NCBI GenBank assembly: GCA_965203325.1
Contig: OZ241875.1
Location: 736,001-800,000, forward strand
Length of the DNA: 64,000 nucleotides
Source of the DNA: a bacterium
GTDB lineage: Bacteria; UBA8248
Direction: 5' to 3'
Part shown: positions 28,908-36,811 of the stretch, in pieces
How the letters are laid out: each line of letters starts with the position of its first letter
How positions within the stretch are numbered: the stretch's first letter is position 1
Translations under genes and position numbers: made by a program
The notes under the pieces: generated by a model
What the model was told of the DNA's origin: nothing
Seen by the model: only the letters and a program-made list of their open reading frames with translations
The model's database searches: none

Positions 28908-29893
28908 TGGAAACGGAAGAAACGTCGCAACCGGAGAACGCGCCCGCCTATCCCTACTCGTCTCTCTTAAGGCTCACCCACTGGCTGAACGTGCCGCTCC
29001 TGCTCCTGATGATGGCGAGCGGGTTTCAGATATGGTGGGCGTACCCCGCTTTCGGCCCGGACAGGCCCAACCCCGAAGCGATCTACGAGGCGCTGCGGGG
29101 CACGGAAACCCGGGCCGACCCGCGCGCCATCAACCTGGGCGCCGACTACAGGGTTTTCGTCCAGGGCCTCACGAAAACCTTCGGCATCGGCGAGTGGCTC
29201 GCGGGCGCGCTGCGCTGGCACTTCGCCCTCATGTGGCCCTACACCATCAACGGGCTGATCTTCCTGCTCCTGCTCCTCCTGACGGAAGAAGGGAGGCACT
29301 ACCGCATCACGCGGGCGGATTTCTCCGGCGCAAAAGAAATGCTGCTTCATCCCATCAGAACCTTTCACCATCCCCCCGGCGAGGGGAAATTCAATCCGAT
29401 TCAAAAAATCACATACAACGTCGTCATACTGGCCGGTGTGCTCTCCGTCCTGACGGGCCTCGCCATCCTGAAACCCGTACAACTCGGTTGGCTCACCTGG
29501 CTTTTCGGGGGTTATCAGCCGAGCCGGTTCCTGCATTTTCTGGTGATGCTGTTTCTGGTCGTCTTCATGATCGGCCATTTCCTGATGGTGATATCCCACG
29601 GATGGCGGCGCGGACTCGCGCCCATGATCGTCGGGATCAAGGCGGAGCGAGACGCCTTTCGGGCCAGGCAAAGGCAATTCGCCAGAAATCTCGGGCGCGT
29701 CGCCGAGGAGGCGGCGATCCTGGTGCTCGTCTTCTGGCTCGGGAGCCTCGTTGCGGATATGATGAACGCTGTTTTGGGCGGTGAGGCCTCAGGCGTGTGG
29801 TTCGGCGCGCCGGGGTATCTCCTTATCCGCTTGGGTCTCATGCGCGGACGGCGCATTGGAGATTTTTGGCGCAAGGCGAGAGCGGGAAGCTGA
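28904..29893 (+). CDS. Cytochrome b/b6-domain membrane protein (Ni/Fe-hydrogenase cyt b type) with C-terminal extension
   Basis: RLTHWLN, WHF, KFNPIQK, RFLHF, GHFLMV heme His pattern. Confidence 0.9.
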   Translation: MMETEETSQPENAPAYPYSSLLRLTHWLNVPLLLLMMASGFQIWWAYPAFGPDRPNPEAIYEALRGTETRADPRAINLGADYRVFVQGLTKTFGIGEWLAGALRWHFALMWPYTINGLIFLLLLLLTEEGRHYRITRADFSGAKEMLLHPIRTFHHPPGEGKFNPIQKITYNVVILAGVLSVLTGLAILKPVQLGWLTWLFGGYQPSRFLHFLVMLFLVVFMIGHFLMVISHGWRRGLAPMIVGIKAERDAFRARQRQFARNLGRVAEEAAILVLVFWLGSLVADMMNAVLGGEASGVWFGAPGYLLIRLGLMRGRRIGDFWRKARAGS

Positions 29894-29896
29894 GAG

Positions 29897-30181
29897 ATGA
29901 GCACGGAAGAACAAACCGAATTCGTTCTGCCGACCCAACTGGCAAGGCGCAGACTATTCGCCGGCAAGCTGGTATTGGGCGTCGTCTGCATCAACGCCGC
30001 GCTGGCTTTGGTCGCCGCATTTCTCCTGAGCGGGCCGGTGGCCTGGATAACGCGATTTGAGTTCGGGTTTCTGACGTGGGCCTGCATTTTGTATCCCACC
30101 TCCCTCGTCCTGGCCGTCCCCATCATCGCGCCCGTCGTCATCAAGGTGTTGAAGCCGCCGCCCGAGTCCTCCGGAGAGTGA
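29897..30181 (+). CDS. Small membrane protein
   Basis: Two hydrophobic segments; tightly packed in the operon. Confidence 0.7.
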   Translation: MSTEEQTEFVLPTQLARRRLFAGKLVLGVVCINAALALVAAFLLSGPVAWITRFEFGFLTWACILYPTSLVLAVPIIAPVVIKVLKPPPESSGE

Positions 30182-30183
30182 AG

Positions 30184-30993
30184 ATGAAAAGAGGCGAAAA
30201 GCGAAACGTCTCCGGCGGAGATAGACTGGGGGCGTCGCGGCGCGGATTCATGAAGATGCTCGTAGCCTGCGCCTCCGCCTTCATGGCCGGGTGCTCGCGC
30301 CTGAACGAAGAACCCGGCGTGCAGGCCGTGCTGAGCTGGTTCGATCGGCTGAACCACAAGGTGGGCCTCATTACGGACAGCAACCACCGCCTCGCGCGCA
30401 CCTACCCCCGAAGCGCCGTCCAGCCCGATCAGATGCGGCCCAACGGCTCGGTGGTCACGCCGAACTCCCGGATCATCAAGACCCCTCCCGAGGAGTGGCG
30501 GCTCGTCGTGGGCGAAGCCCATCTCAGAAACGGGCAGATGATGAAGCGGCACTGGGTGCAAGAATACACGCTCGCGCAGCTTCGCGAGATGCCGGTACTG
30601 GAGCAGACGGTGGAGCACATCTGCGTCGAGGGCTGGAGCGCGATATGCCACTGGCGGGGGGTGCATCTCGCTCGCTTCATCGAAATGCACAAGCTCAGGC
30701 CCGAGAGCCGCTACGTGTTCTTCCTGTGCGACGACATGCTCGCCACCGCGAACGGGCACGAGCGCTACAGCGTGACGTTCGATCTCAAGCAGGCGATGCA
30801 CCCGCAGAACGTCCTCGCGTATGAGTACAACGGCGAGACGCTGCCCCTGGAGCACGGCGCACCGCTGCGTCTCGCCTCACCCACGAACGTGGGCTGGAAG
30901 AGCGCGAAATTCCTGCGCTACGTCTTTTTCACGAACGAGGACCTGGGCGGGTTCTGGGAGAAGCAGGGCTACCCGCGCTATTACGGCTTCTGA
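30184..30993 (+). CDS. Molybdopterin-dependent oxidoreductase (sulfite oxidase/MsrP family), Tat-exported
   Basis: SRRGFMK Tat motif; HICVEGWS, EHGAPLRL, GWKSAK, GGFWE. Confidence 0.92.
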   Translation: MKRGEKRNVSGGDRLGASRRGFMKMLVACASAFMAGCSRLNEEPGVQAVLSWFDRLNHKVGLITDSNHRLARTYPRSAVQPDQMRPNGSVVTPNSRIIKTPPEEWRLVVGEAHLRNGQMMKRHWVQEYTLAQLREMPVLEQTVEHICVEGWSAICHWRGVHLARFIEMHKLRPESRYVFFLCDDMLATANGHERYSVTFDLKQAMHPQNVLAYEYNGETLPLEHGAPLRLASPTNVGWKSAKFLRYVFFTNEDLGGFWEKQGYPRYYGF

Positions 30994-31124
30994 CCGCTCA
31001 GGCAGCCTCGACAAGCTGCGCCCCCATCAATCCAACTAGGTATTCAATGTAAAACCATGCCTTGCCCGGAAGACAGGCATTCTGCAGAAACTTCGAAAAC
31101 CAGCTTGCCCCCGATTTTAACCCC

Positions 31125-31152
31125 TTGACACCGGTCTAACGTTAGATAGAAT
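31125..31152 (+). promoter_or_regulatory. Sigma70-like promoter with palindromic operator in the spacer
   Basis: TTGACA (31125)-16 bp-TAGAAT (31147); TCTAACGTTAGA palindrome 31135-31146. Confidence 0.65.
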
Positions 31153-31283
31153 GAATCAGGAAAATTAGAATCAATCTTATCCAGAGAAATCATGACGCAG
31201 GAGGTTATGGGGGCTCCTTATCAACGAGGGAGATGGATGCCCCTGATTTGAGATTCGTCCAACTCGAAAGGAGGGAACTGCTG

Positions 31284-32345
31284 ATGACGATCAGGAAACT
31301 TACGACGATCGGGTTTATGATCTGTGCGCTGAGCTTCACGATGGTGGCGTCGGGAGTCGGTGAAGCGGACGCCGCAAAGCGCATACGCTGGAAAATGGCG
31401 AGTTGGTTCCCGAGCAAATTGACCCAGCTCGGCTCGATGGGCAAAGAAATGGTCGACCGTCTGGAGCGGGTTTCGGGCGGCAACATCAAAATCAGGTTCT
31501 TCGAGCCCAACGCGCTGATCCCGGCCAAGGAGTGCTTCGACGCCGTTGCGAAGGGCTCGGTGGATGCGTGCTGGTCGACGCCCGGCTACTGGTACGGCAA
31601 GGAGCCGGCGCTCGCCATGTTCGCCGCCGTTCCCTTCGGCCCCCGAGCAGGCGAATATATGGGCTGGATTTTCTACGGCGGCGGCATAGAGCTCTGGGAT
31701 GCGATCTACAAGAAGCATGGCCTGAAATCGCTACCCTGCGGCGTGATCGCGCCCGAAGCGTCGGGCTGGTTCCGCAAGGAGATCAAGGGCATCGACGACC
31801 TGAAGGGTTTGAAGATGCGCTTCTTCGGGCTGGGCGCCAAAGTGATGGAGAAGGTGGGCGTATCGACCCAGCTTATTGCGGGCGGCGACATCTTCCCGGC
31901 GCTCGAGCGCGGCTCGATCGACGCGACGGAATACTCTATGCCGGCGATCGACTTGAACCTCGGCTTCTACCAGGTAGCGAAGCACTACTACTTCCCCGGC
32001 TGGCACCAGCAGTCGACGGTTTTCGAATTGCTGCTGAACAGAAAGAAGTGGGACGCGCTCACCGACACCCAGCGGGCGCAGATTGAGGTGTCGTGCGGCG
32101 ACGCGTTCCGCCAGGGGCTCGCCGAGGGCGAGGCCATTCAGGGCAAGGCTTTGGCCGAACTCAAGAAGAAGGGCGTCAACATTCATCGCTGGCCCCAGTC
32201 GATCCTGGACACGCTCGAAAAGAAATGGGCCGAAGTCGCCGCTGCTGACGCCGCGCGCGACGCGACCTTCAAGAAGGTATGGGAATCCTACAGCGCGTTC
32301 CGTAAGGAATACGCGATATGGAAGGATCTCGGATACTTAAGGTAA
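31284..32345 (+). CDS. dctP: TRAP transporter substrate-binding protein (TakP-like)
   Basis: Signal peptide; WKMASWFP, GWFRKEI, DLKGLKMRF, YYFPGWHQ. Confidence 0.93.
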   Translation: MTIRKLTTIGFMICALSFTMVASGVGEADAAKRIRWKMASWFPSKLTQLGSMGKEMVDRLERVSGGNIKIRFFEPNALIPAKECFDAVAKGSVDACWSTPGYWYGKEPALAMFAAVPFGPRAGEYMGWIFYGGGIELWDAIYKKHGLKSLPCGVIAPEASGWFRKEIKGIDDLKGLKMRFFGLGAKVMEKVGVSTQLIAGGDIFPALERGSIDATEYSMPAIDLNLGFYQVAKHYYFPGWHQQSTVFELLLNRKKWDALTDTQRAQIEVSCGDAFRQGLAEGEAIQGKALAELKKKGVNIHRWPQSILDTLEKKWAEVAAADAARDATFKKVWESYSAFRKEYAIWKDLGYLR

Positions 32346-32388
32346 TGCCCATGTGACGGCGCTCAGCCGTCTCGCTTGAAATACCCAC

Positions 32389-32429
32389 AGGCGCCGGAGC
32401 CGTAACGGTCACGGTTCCGGCGCCTTTTT
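32389..32429 (+). terminator. Intrinsic terminator-like hairpin between dctP and dctQ
   Basis: AGGCGCCGGAGCCGT...ACGGTTCCGGCGCCT followed by a T-run. Confidence 0.75.
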
Positions 32430-32454
32430 CGCGTATGTTGCGCCGGAAAGCCTA

Positions 32455-33036
32455 TTGATGCGGCAACTTTTTCGAATACAAGAGTTTCTGGCCCGAATCG
32501 TGACTGCCGTCGGAAAGATCAGCGCCTGGCTCTCGATTCCGCTGATGGTCGTTATCATCTTCGACGTCGTGACCCGGCGCTTCCTGGTGCTGGGCTCGAC
32601 CAAGCTCCAGGAAGGCGAATGGCACCTCCACGCGGTTCTCTTCCTGTTGTGCATCGGTTTCACCTATATCGAGGACGCCCACGTGCGGATCGACCTGCTC
32701 CGCGAACGGCTGAGTACGCGCGCCAAGGATTGGGTCGAGTTAATCGGCTGCATCGTGTTCGTGATCCCCTACTGCCTCATCGTCACCTATTTCGCCGAAG
32801 ACTTCGTCGAGAGGTCCTGGGCCGTCGGCGAGGCCTCAGACTCCGCGACCGGTCTTCCCTATCGATGGGCGATCAAGGCGTTCCTGCCGCTCGGGCTCTT
32901 TGTCCTTCTTCTGTCGGGAATCACCATCCTGCTGCGCAAGATCATCGAGTTGTTCGGCCCGGCGGATCTCCGTCAACTCCTCCCCAAAAAGGAAGAGTCC
33001 GGTACCGAACAGATCGACCGGATCGGGTCGAACTAG
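32455..33036 (+). CDS. dctQ: TRAP transporter small permease
   Basis: QEGEWHL, HVRIDL, GLPYRWAIK; four TM segments. Confidence 0.92.
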   Translation: MMRQLFRIQEFLARIVTAVGKISAWLSIPLMVVIIFDVVTRRFLVLGSTKLQEGEWHLHAVLFLLCIGFTYIEDAHVRIDLLRERLSTRAKDWVELIGCIVFVIPYCLIVTYFAEDFVERSWAVGEASDSATGLPYRWAIKAFLPLGLFVLLLSGITILLRKIIELFGPADLRQLLPKKEESGTEQIDRIGSN

Positions 33037-33048
33037 GAGCGCCTGCGC

Positions 33049-34410
33049 ATGTATATCGAGGATTACCTGCCGGCTTGCATGTTCATCACCCTGGCGATCC
33101 TCCTGTTCTCGGGCTTTCCGGTCGGATTCGTTCTCGGCGGCGTGGGCCTCGCCTTCGGCTTCATCGGCATGTATTTCGAGGTCTTCTCCCAAGTCGAGTT
33201 CTTCAACCTCGTGCTCCGTATCTGGGGTTTCGCCGACAACCTGGTGCTGGTGGCGATACCGATGTTCATCTTCATGGGGACGATGCTGGAGCGCTCCGGC
33301 GTCGCCGCCAATCTCCTCTATTGTCTCCAGGTGGTGCTGAGGCGCACACCGGGCGGGCTCGCGCTCGCGGTCACGGTCATGGGGACCATCCTCGCGGCGA
33401 CGACCGGCATCATCGGCGCTTCGGTGGTGATGATCAGCCTGATGGCGCTGCCGGTCATGGTCGAGCGCGAGTACAACATGGAGCTCGCGACCGGCACCAT
33501 CGCCGCATCGGGCACGCTCGGCATCCTGATACCGCCCAGCATCATGCTGGTCATCATGGCTGATCTGCTCGGGCGCTCGGTGGGGACCCTGTTCGTCGCG
33601 GCCATCTTCCCCGGCTTGATTCTTTCCGGCCTCTACTTCGCCTACATCTTTACGAGGTGCATGGTGAACCCCGCCCTGGCGCCGCGTCTGCCCAAAGAAA
33701 TGGGTCCGCAAACATCGGGTGAACTGCTCCTGCTCTTGCTCAAAGGTCTGGTGCCGGCTGTGTTTTTGATCGTCCTGGTGCTGGGGTCAATCGTCGTCGG
33801 CTGGGCGACGCCTACCGAAGCGGCCGGGGTCGGCGCGGCCGGAGCGACCCTGCTCGCCATCGTCAACCGGCAACTGACCTGGTCCGTACTGAAAGACGTG
33901 GTCGAGCGCACCTCGCTCACCAACGCGATGCTGTTCTTCATTTTCGTCGGAGCGACCGCCTTCTCCTACGTCTTCCGCTCGCTCGGGGGCGACGACTTCA
34001 TCCAGGACGTGATTTACTCGGTGGGGACCAATCCCTGGTGGATCCTGATGATCCTGATGGCGGTGACTTTCATCCTCGGATTCTTCTTCGACTGGATTGA
34101 GATCACCCTCATCGTGCTTCCGGTGTTCGCGCCGATCCTCGCAGGGCTCGATTTCGGCGACCACCTGCCCAAGAGCGAGGTCATCTACTGGTTCTCGATT
34201 CTGATGGCGGTCAACCTGCAGACGTCTTTCCTGACGCCGCCTTTCGGCTTCGCATTGTTCTACATGAAGGGCGTGGCCCCGCCAGAGGTGCGTCTGCAAC
34301 AGATATATCGCGGTATCATTCCCTTCGTGATTCTCCAGCTCATCGGGCTGGGGCTGGTCATCGTCTTCCCCGAAATCGCCATGTGGCTGCCGAGGGTGCT
34401 GCTCGACTAG
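33049..34410 (+). CDS. dctM: TRAP transporter large permease
   Basis: AIPMFIFMG, GTLGILIPPS, ATPTEAA, TSFLTPPFG. Confidence 0.95.
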   Translation: MYIEDYLPACMFITLAILLFSGFPVGFVLGGVGLAFGFIGMYFEVFSQVEFFNLVLRIWGFADNLVLVAIPMFIFMGTMLERSGVAANLLYCLQVVLRRTPGGLALAVTVMGTILAATTGIIGASVVMISLMALPVMVEREYNMELATGTIAASGTLGILIPPSIMLVIMADLLGRSVGTLFVAAIFPGLILSGLYFAYIFTRCMVNPALAPRLPKEMGPQTSGELLLLLLKGLVPAVFLIVLVLGSIVVGWATPTEAAGVGAAGATLLAIVNRQLTWSVLKDVVERTSLTNAMLFFIFVGATAFSYVFRSLGGDDFIQDVIYSVGTNPWWILMILMAVTFILGFFFDWIEITLIVLPVFAPILAGLDFGDHLPKSEVIYWFSILMAVNLQTSFLTPPFGFALFYMKGVAPPEVRLQQIYRGIIPFVILQLIGLGLVIVFPEIAMWLPRVLLD

Positions 34411-34537
34411 CGTATGGCCGCCTCCTCTGCTCCACATCCTGAACGCCTCGCAAATCGAACGATTCACCGGAGAGCCTGGCGTCTCGCCGCATAAACCGCG
34501 ACGGATCATTTTTCTTCCCCTGGGCGGGGGATTTGTT

Positions 34538-34795
34538 TAGACTTGGCTCCTGACTCCCTATCCCCACGGGGTTTCGGAGTCGCACCGCTACAGACAGGGA
34601 AGTTTCCCATGTTCGATGACCCTGTAAGCTCTCCGGATACCGAAACGAAGCGTCTCCTTCGCTTCCCGCTAAAGTTCGTCAACCTCTCCGGCACAACTCA
34701 ATACCACTCTTTCCGAAGCCCTCGGGCTTCCGTTCACCTCGGGTGGATATCGCCGCGACCTGCCGCCATTTCGGAAAAACCAGACGGGGGGTCTA
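34538..34795 (-). ncRNA. Candidate large structured non-coding RNA (weakly raiA-motif-like)
   Basis: Intergenic; ends pair (TAGAC/GTCTA, TGGTT/AGCCA); at least six internal helices; G-U wobbles favour the minus strand. Confidence 0.55.
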
Positions 34796-34798
34796 CCG

Positions 34799-35725
34799 TT
34801 GGACGACAACCATCATAAAATCCTGTTGACCGGCGCGACCGGATACATCGGGGGCCGGTTACGCCGCCGGCTCGAAGCCGAATCGCACGAGCTTCGGTGC
34901 CTCGCGCGCCGCCCCGAAGTCCTCGAACCACATGTCGCGCCGAGGACCGAGGTGGTGCGCGGCGACCTCTTAAAGCCCGCAACGCTCCCCGCGGCCATGC
35001 GCGGTATATCCACCGCCTACTACCTGGTTCATTCGATGGCGTCCGGCGGAGACTTCATCCGAGAAGACCGCGAGGCCGCCAAGGGGTTCGCATACGCGGC
35101 CCGGGCCGCAGGGGTTGAGCGCATCGTCTATCTGGGCGGGCTCGGAAACGAGGATGCGTTGTCCGACCACCTTGCGAGCAGGCAGGAAGTGGGCCGGATT
35201 CTCCGCGAATCCGGCGTGCAGACGATTGAACTGAGGGCCTCGATCATCATCGGCTCCGGAAGTCTCTCGTTCGAGATGATCCGGGCGCTGGTGGAGAGGC
35301 TGCCCGTCATGGTGACGCCTCGCTGGGTTCGCACGCTTGCCCAGCCGATCGCCGTCGAAGACGTCATCGATTACCTTGTCGCCGCTCTCGACGCTCCTCC
35401 GGGGCGAAGCCTCATCCTGGAAATCGGGGGTGCCGACCGCGCCTCCTACGGGGACATCATGGCGGAATACGCCCGCCAGCGGGGGCTGCATAGGCTGATG
35501 ATCGCCGTTCCGGTGCTCACCCCCCGTCTGTCGAGCCTGTGGCTCGCGCTGGTTACTCCCTTATACGCCCGGATCGGGCGCAAACTCGTCGAAAGCCTCC
35601 GCAACGAGACGACCGTGAGCGATACGACGGCTTTCGAGATGTTCGGCATCCGCCCGCGCGGTCTGACCGAAGCGATCCGGCGAGCGCTGGCCGCCGAAGA
35701 ACACGAGTTTGCGGAAAGGCGCTGA
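34799..35725 (+). CDS. NAD(P)-binding atypical SDR (YbjT-like), possibly C-terminally truncated
   Basis: TGATGYIG, AYYLVHSM, HLASRQEVG, RASIIIGSGS, QPIAVEDV; TTG start. Confidence 0.88.
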   Translation: MDDNHHKILLTGATGYIGGRLRRRLEAESHELRCLARRPEVLEPHVAPRTEVVRGDLLKPATLPAAMRGISTAYYLVHSMASGGDFIREDREAAKGFAYAARAAGVERIVYLGGLGNEDALSDHLASRQEVGRILRESGVQTIELRASIIIGSGSLSFEMIRALVERLPVMVTPRWVRTLAQPIAVEDVIDYLVAALDAPPGRSLILEIGGADRASYGDIMAEYARQRGLHRLMIAVPVLTPRLSSLWLALVTPLYARIGRKLVESLRNETTVSDTTAFEMFGIRPRGLTEAIRRALAAEEHEFAERR

Positions 35726-35736
35726 CCCAAGGCGTC

Positions 35737-35766
35737 TTGACAAGCCCGCGCCCGCTTCCCTATAAA
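35737..35766 (+). promoter_or_regulatory. Sigma70-like promoter of tRNA-Asn
   Basis: TTGACA-18 bp-TATAAA, ~65 bp upstream of the tRNA. Confidence 0.6.
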
Positions 35767-35831
35767 CCCCTTACGCTTGGGAGCCGGCGCCGATTCCGGT
35801 AGAATGCCCACTCAAGCGAAACGCCTCTCAC

Positions 35832-35906
35832 TCCGGCGTAGCTCAACGGCAGAGCAATCGGCTGTTAACCGATGGGTTGTAGGTTCGAATCCTACCGCCG
35901 GAGCCA
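35832..35906 (+). tRNA. tRNA-Asn(GTT)
   Basis: TCCGGCG/CGCCGGA acceptor stem, ATCGG-CTGTTAA-CCGAT anticodon arm, GGTTCGAATCC, CCA. Confidence 0.97.
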
Positions 35907-35930
35907 GGATTTTCAGAGATCACCTCACCT

Positions 35931-36281
35931 TCAGGCCTCATCCGCCTTCGAGACGAAATCCGAGAGCGCCTCTTTCACGAGGGCGTTCATGCTCCGGCCG
36001 CGCAAGGCCGCCATACGTGCGAGTTTCTCATGCAGTTCCGCCCCCGGACGCACGTTGAAAGACCCGCTGTATGGCTTGTTCGGCTCGATTCCTTCCGCCT
36101 CGCACGTTTCCAGATAATCGTTCACCGAATCCTGAAACGATTTCTTGAGTTCCCTGGCGGTTTCGGCTTCGTATGTAATCAAATCCTGCACGTGGAGCAC
36201 CTTGCCGTGCAAGGTTTCGCTTTCCTCGTCATATTCAATGGATCCCTGATAATTCTTGTACCTCAAAACCGCTCCGATCAT
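35931..36281 (-). CDS. hicB: HicB family antitoxin
   Basis: YKNYQGSIEY, SVNDYLETC, KPYSGSFNVR...LH, SMNALV. Confidence 0.93.
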   Translation of the reverse strand: MIGAVLRYKNYQGSIEYDEESETLHGKVLHVQDLITYEAETARELKKSFQDSVNDYLETCEAEGIEPNKPYSGSFNVRPGAELHEKLARMAALRGRSMNALVKEALSDFVSKADEA

Positions 36282-36344
36282 CTTTGGCCCCTTTCCATCC
36301 TCGTGAGCAAATCTGATTCCCCGCCATTCCCCTTCAGGTGTATT

Positions 36345-36599
36345 TCACAACAAACCACCTTCCTCCAACTTCTTTCTTACCTCGCGTATGACATATGGCT
36401 TCAACTTTCCTTCGGCATGGGGCTGGTGAAGGAAAATCCGGGGAGCCAACGAATGAATGAACCTTCGCCGTGAGCCACCCATTCTTCCTCCCGTTGACTG
36501 CCGATAACCCAATCCCTCCAATAGCTGAACCAATTCGTTCCATGTAAAATTTTTTGGATTCTTCCTGAATTTATCCAGCAGCTTCTCGTGTTTGCTCAT
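36345..36599 (-). CDS. hicA: HicA family toxin
   Basis: FTWNELVQLL, GGSRRRF, LHQPH, LKPYVI; directly upstream of hicB. Confidence 0.9.
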   Translation of the reverse strand: MSKHEKLLDKFRKNPKNFTWNELVQLLEGLGYRQSTGGRMGGSRRRFIHSLAPRIFLHQPHAEGKLKPYVIREVRKKLEEGGLL

Positions 36600-36638
36600 C
36601 GGTCTCTTGTCTAAATATCACTGGCTCAAACCATTATA

Positions 36639-36702
36639 GCAACTGTCAATTAGTTGCATTATATAGGGCAAACCCCCAGAAATGCAACTATTTTTTCGTT
36701 GC
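36639..36702. promoter_or_regulatory. Two palindromic operators upstream of hicAB
   Basis: GCAACT-N7-AGTTGC (36639-36657) and GCAACT-N7-CGTTGC (36684-36702). Confidence 0.7.
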
Positions 36703-36811
36703 AATAAGAAGTCGGGGTATAGATTATGAAATGATCACGGGCATGGGAGGGAAAAGACTTCCCAAGGAGTGGCATTCTTGATGGCAACTGCCCTTACCCG
36801 GCAATACCCCC

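Noticed and set aside
34538..34795. Cobalamin riboswitch, RNase P, SRP, tmRNA or group I/II intron identity
   Set aside because: I could not find the diagnostic motifs (B12 box, GAGGAAAGUCC, SRP loop, tRNA-like ends, domain V) on either strand.
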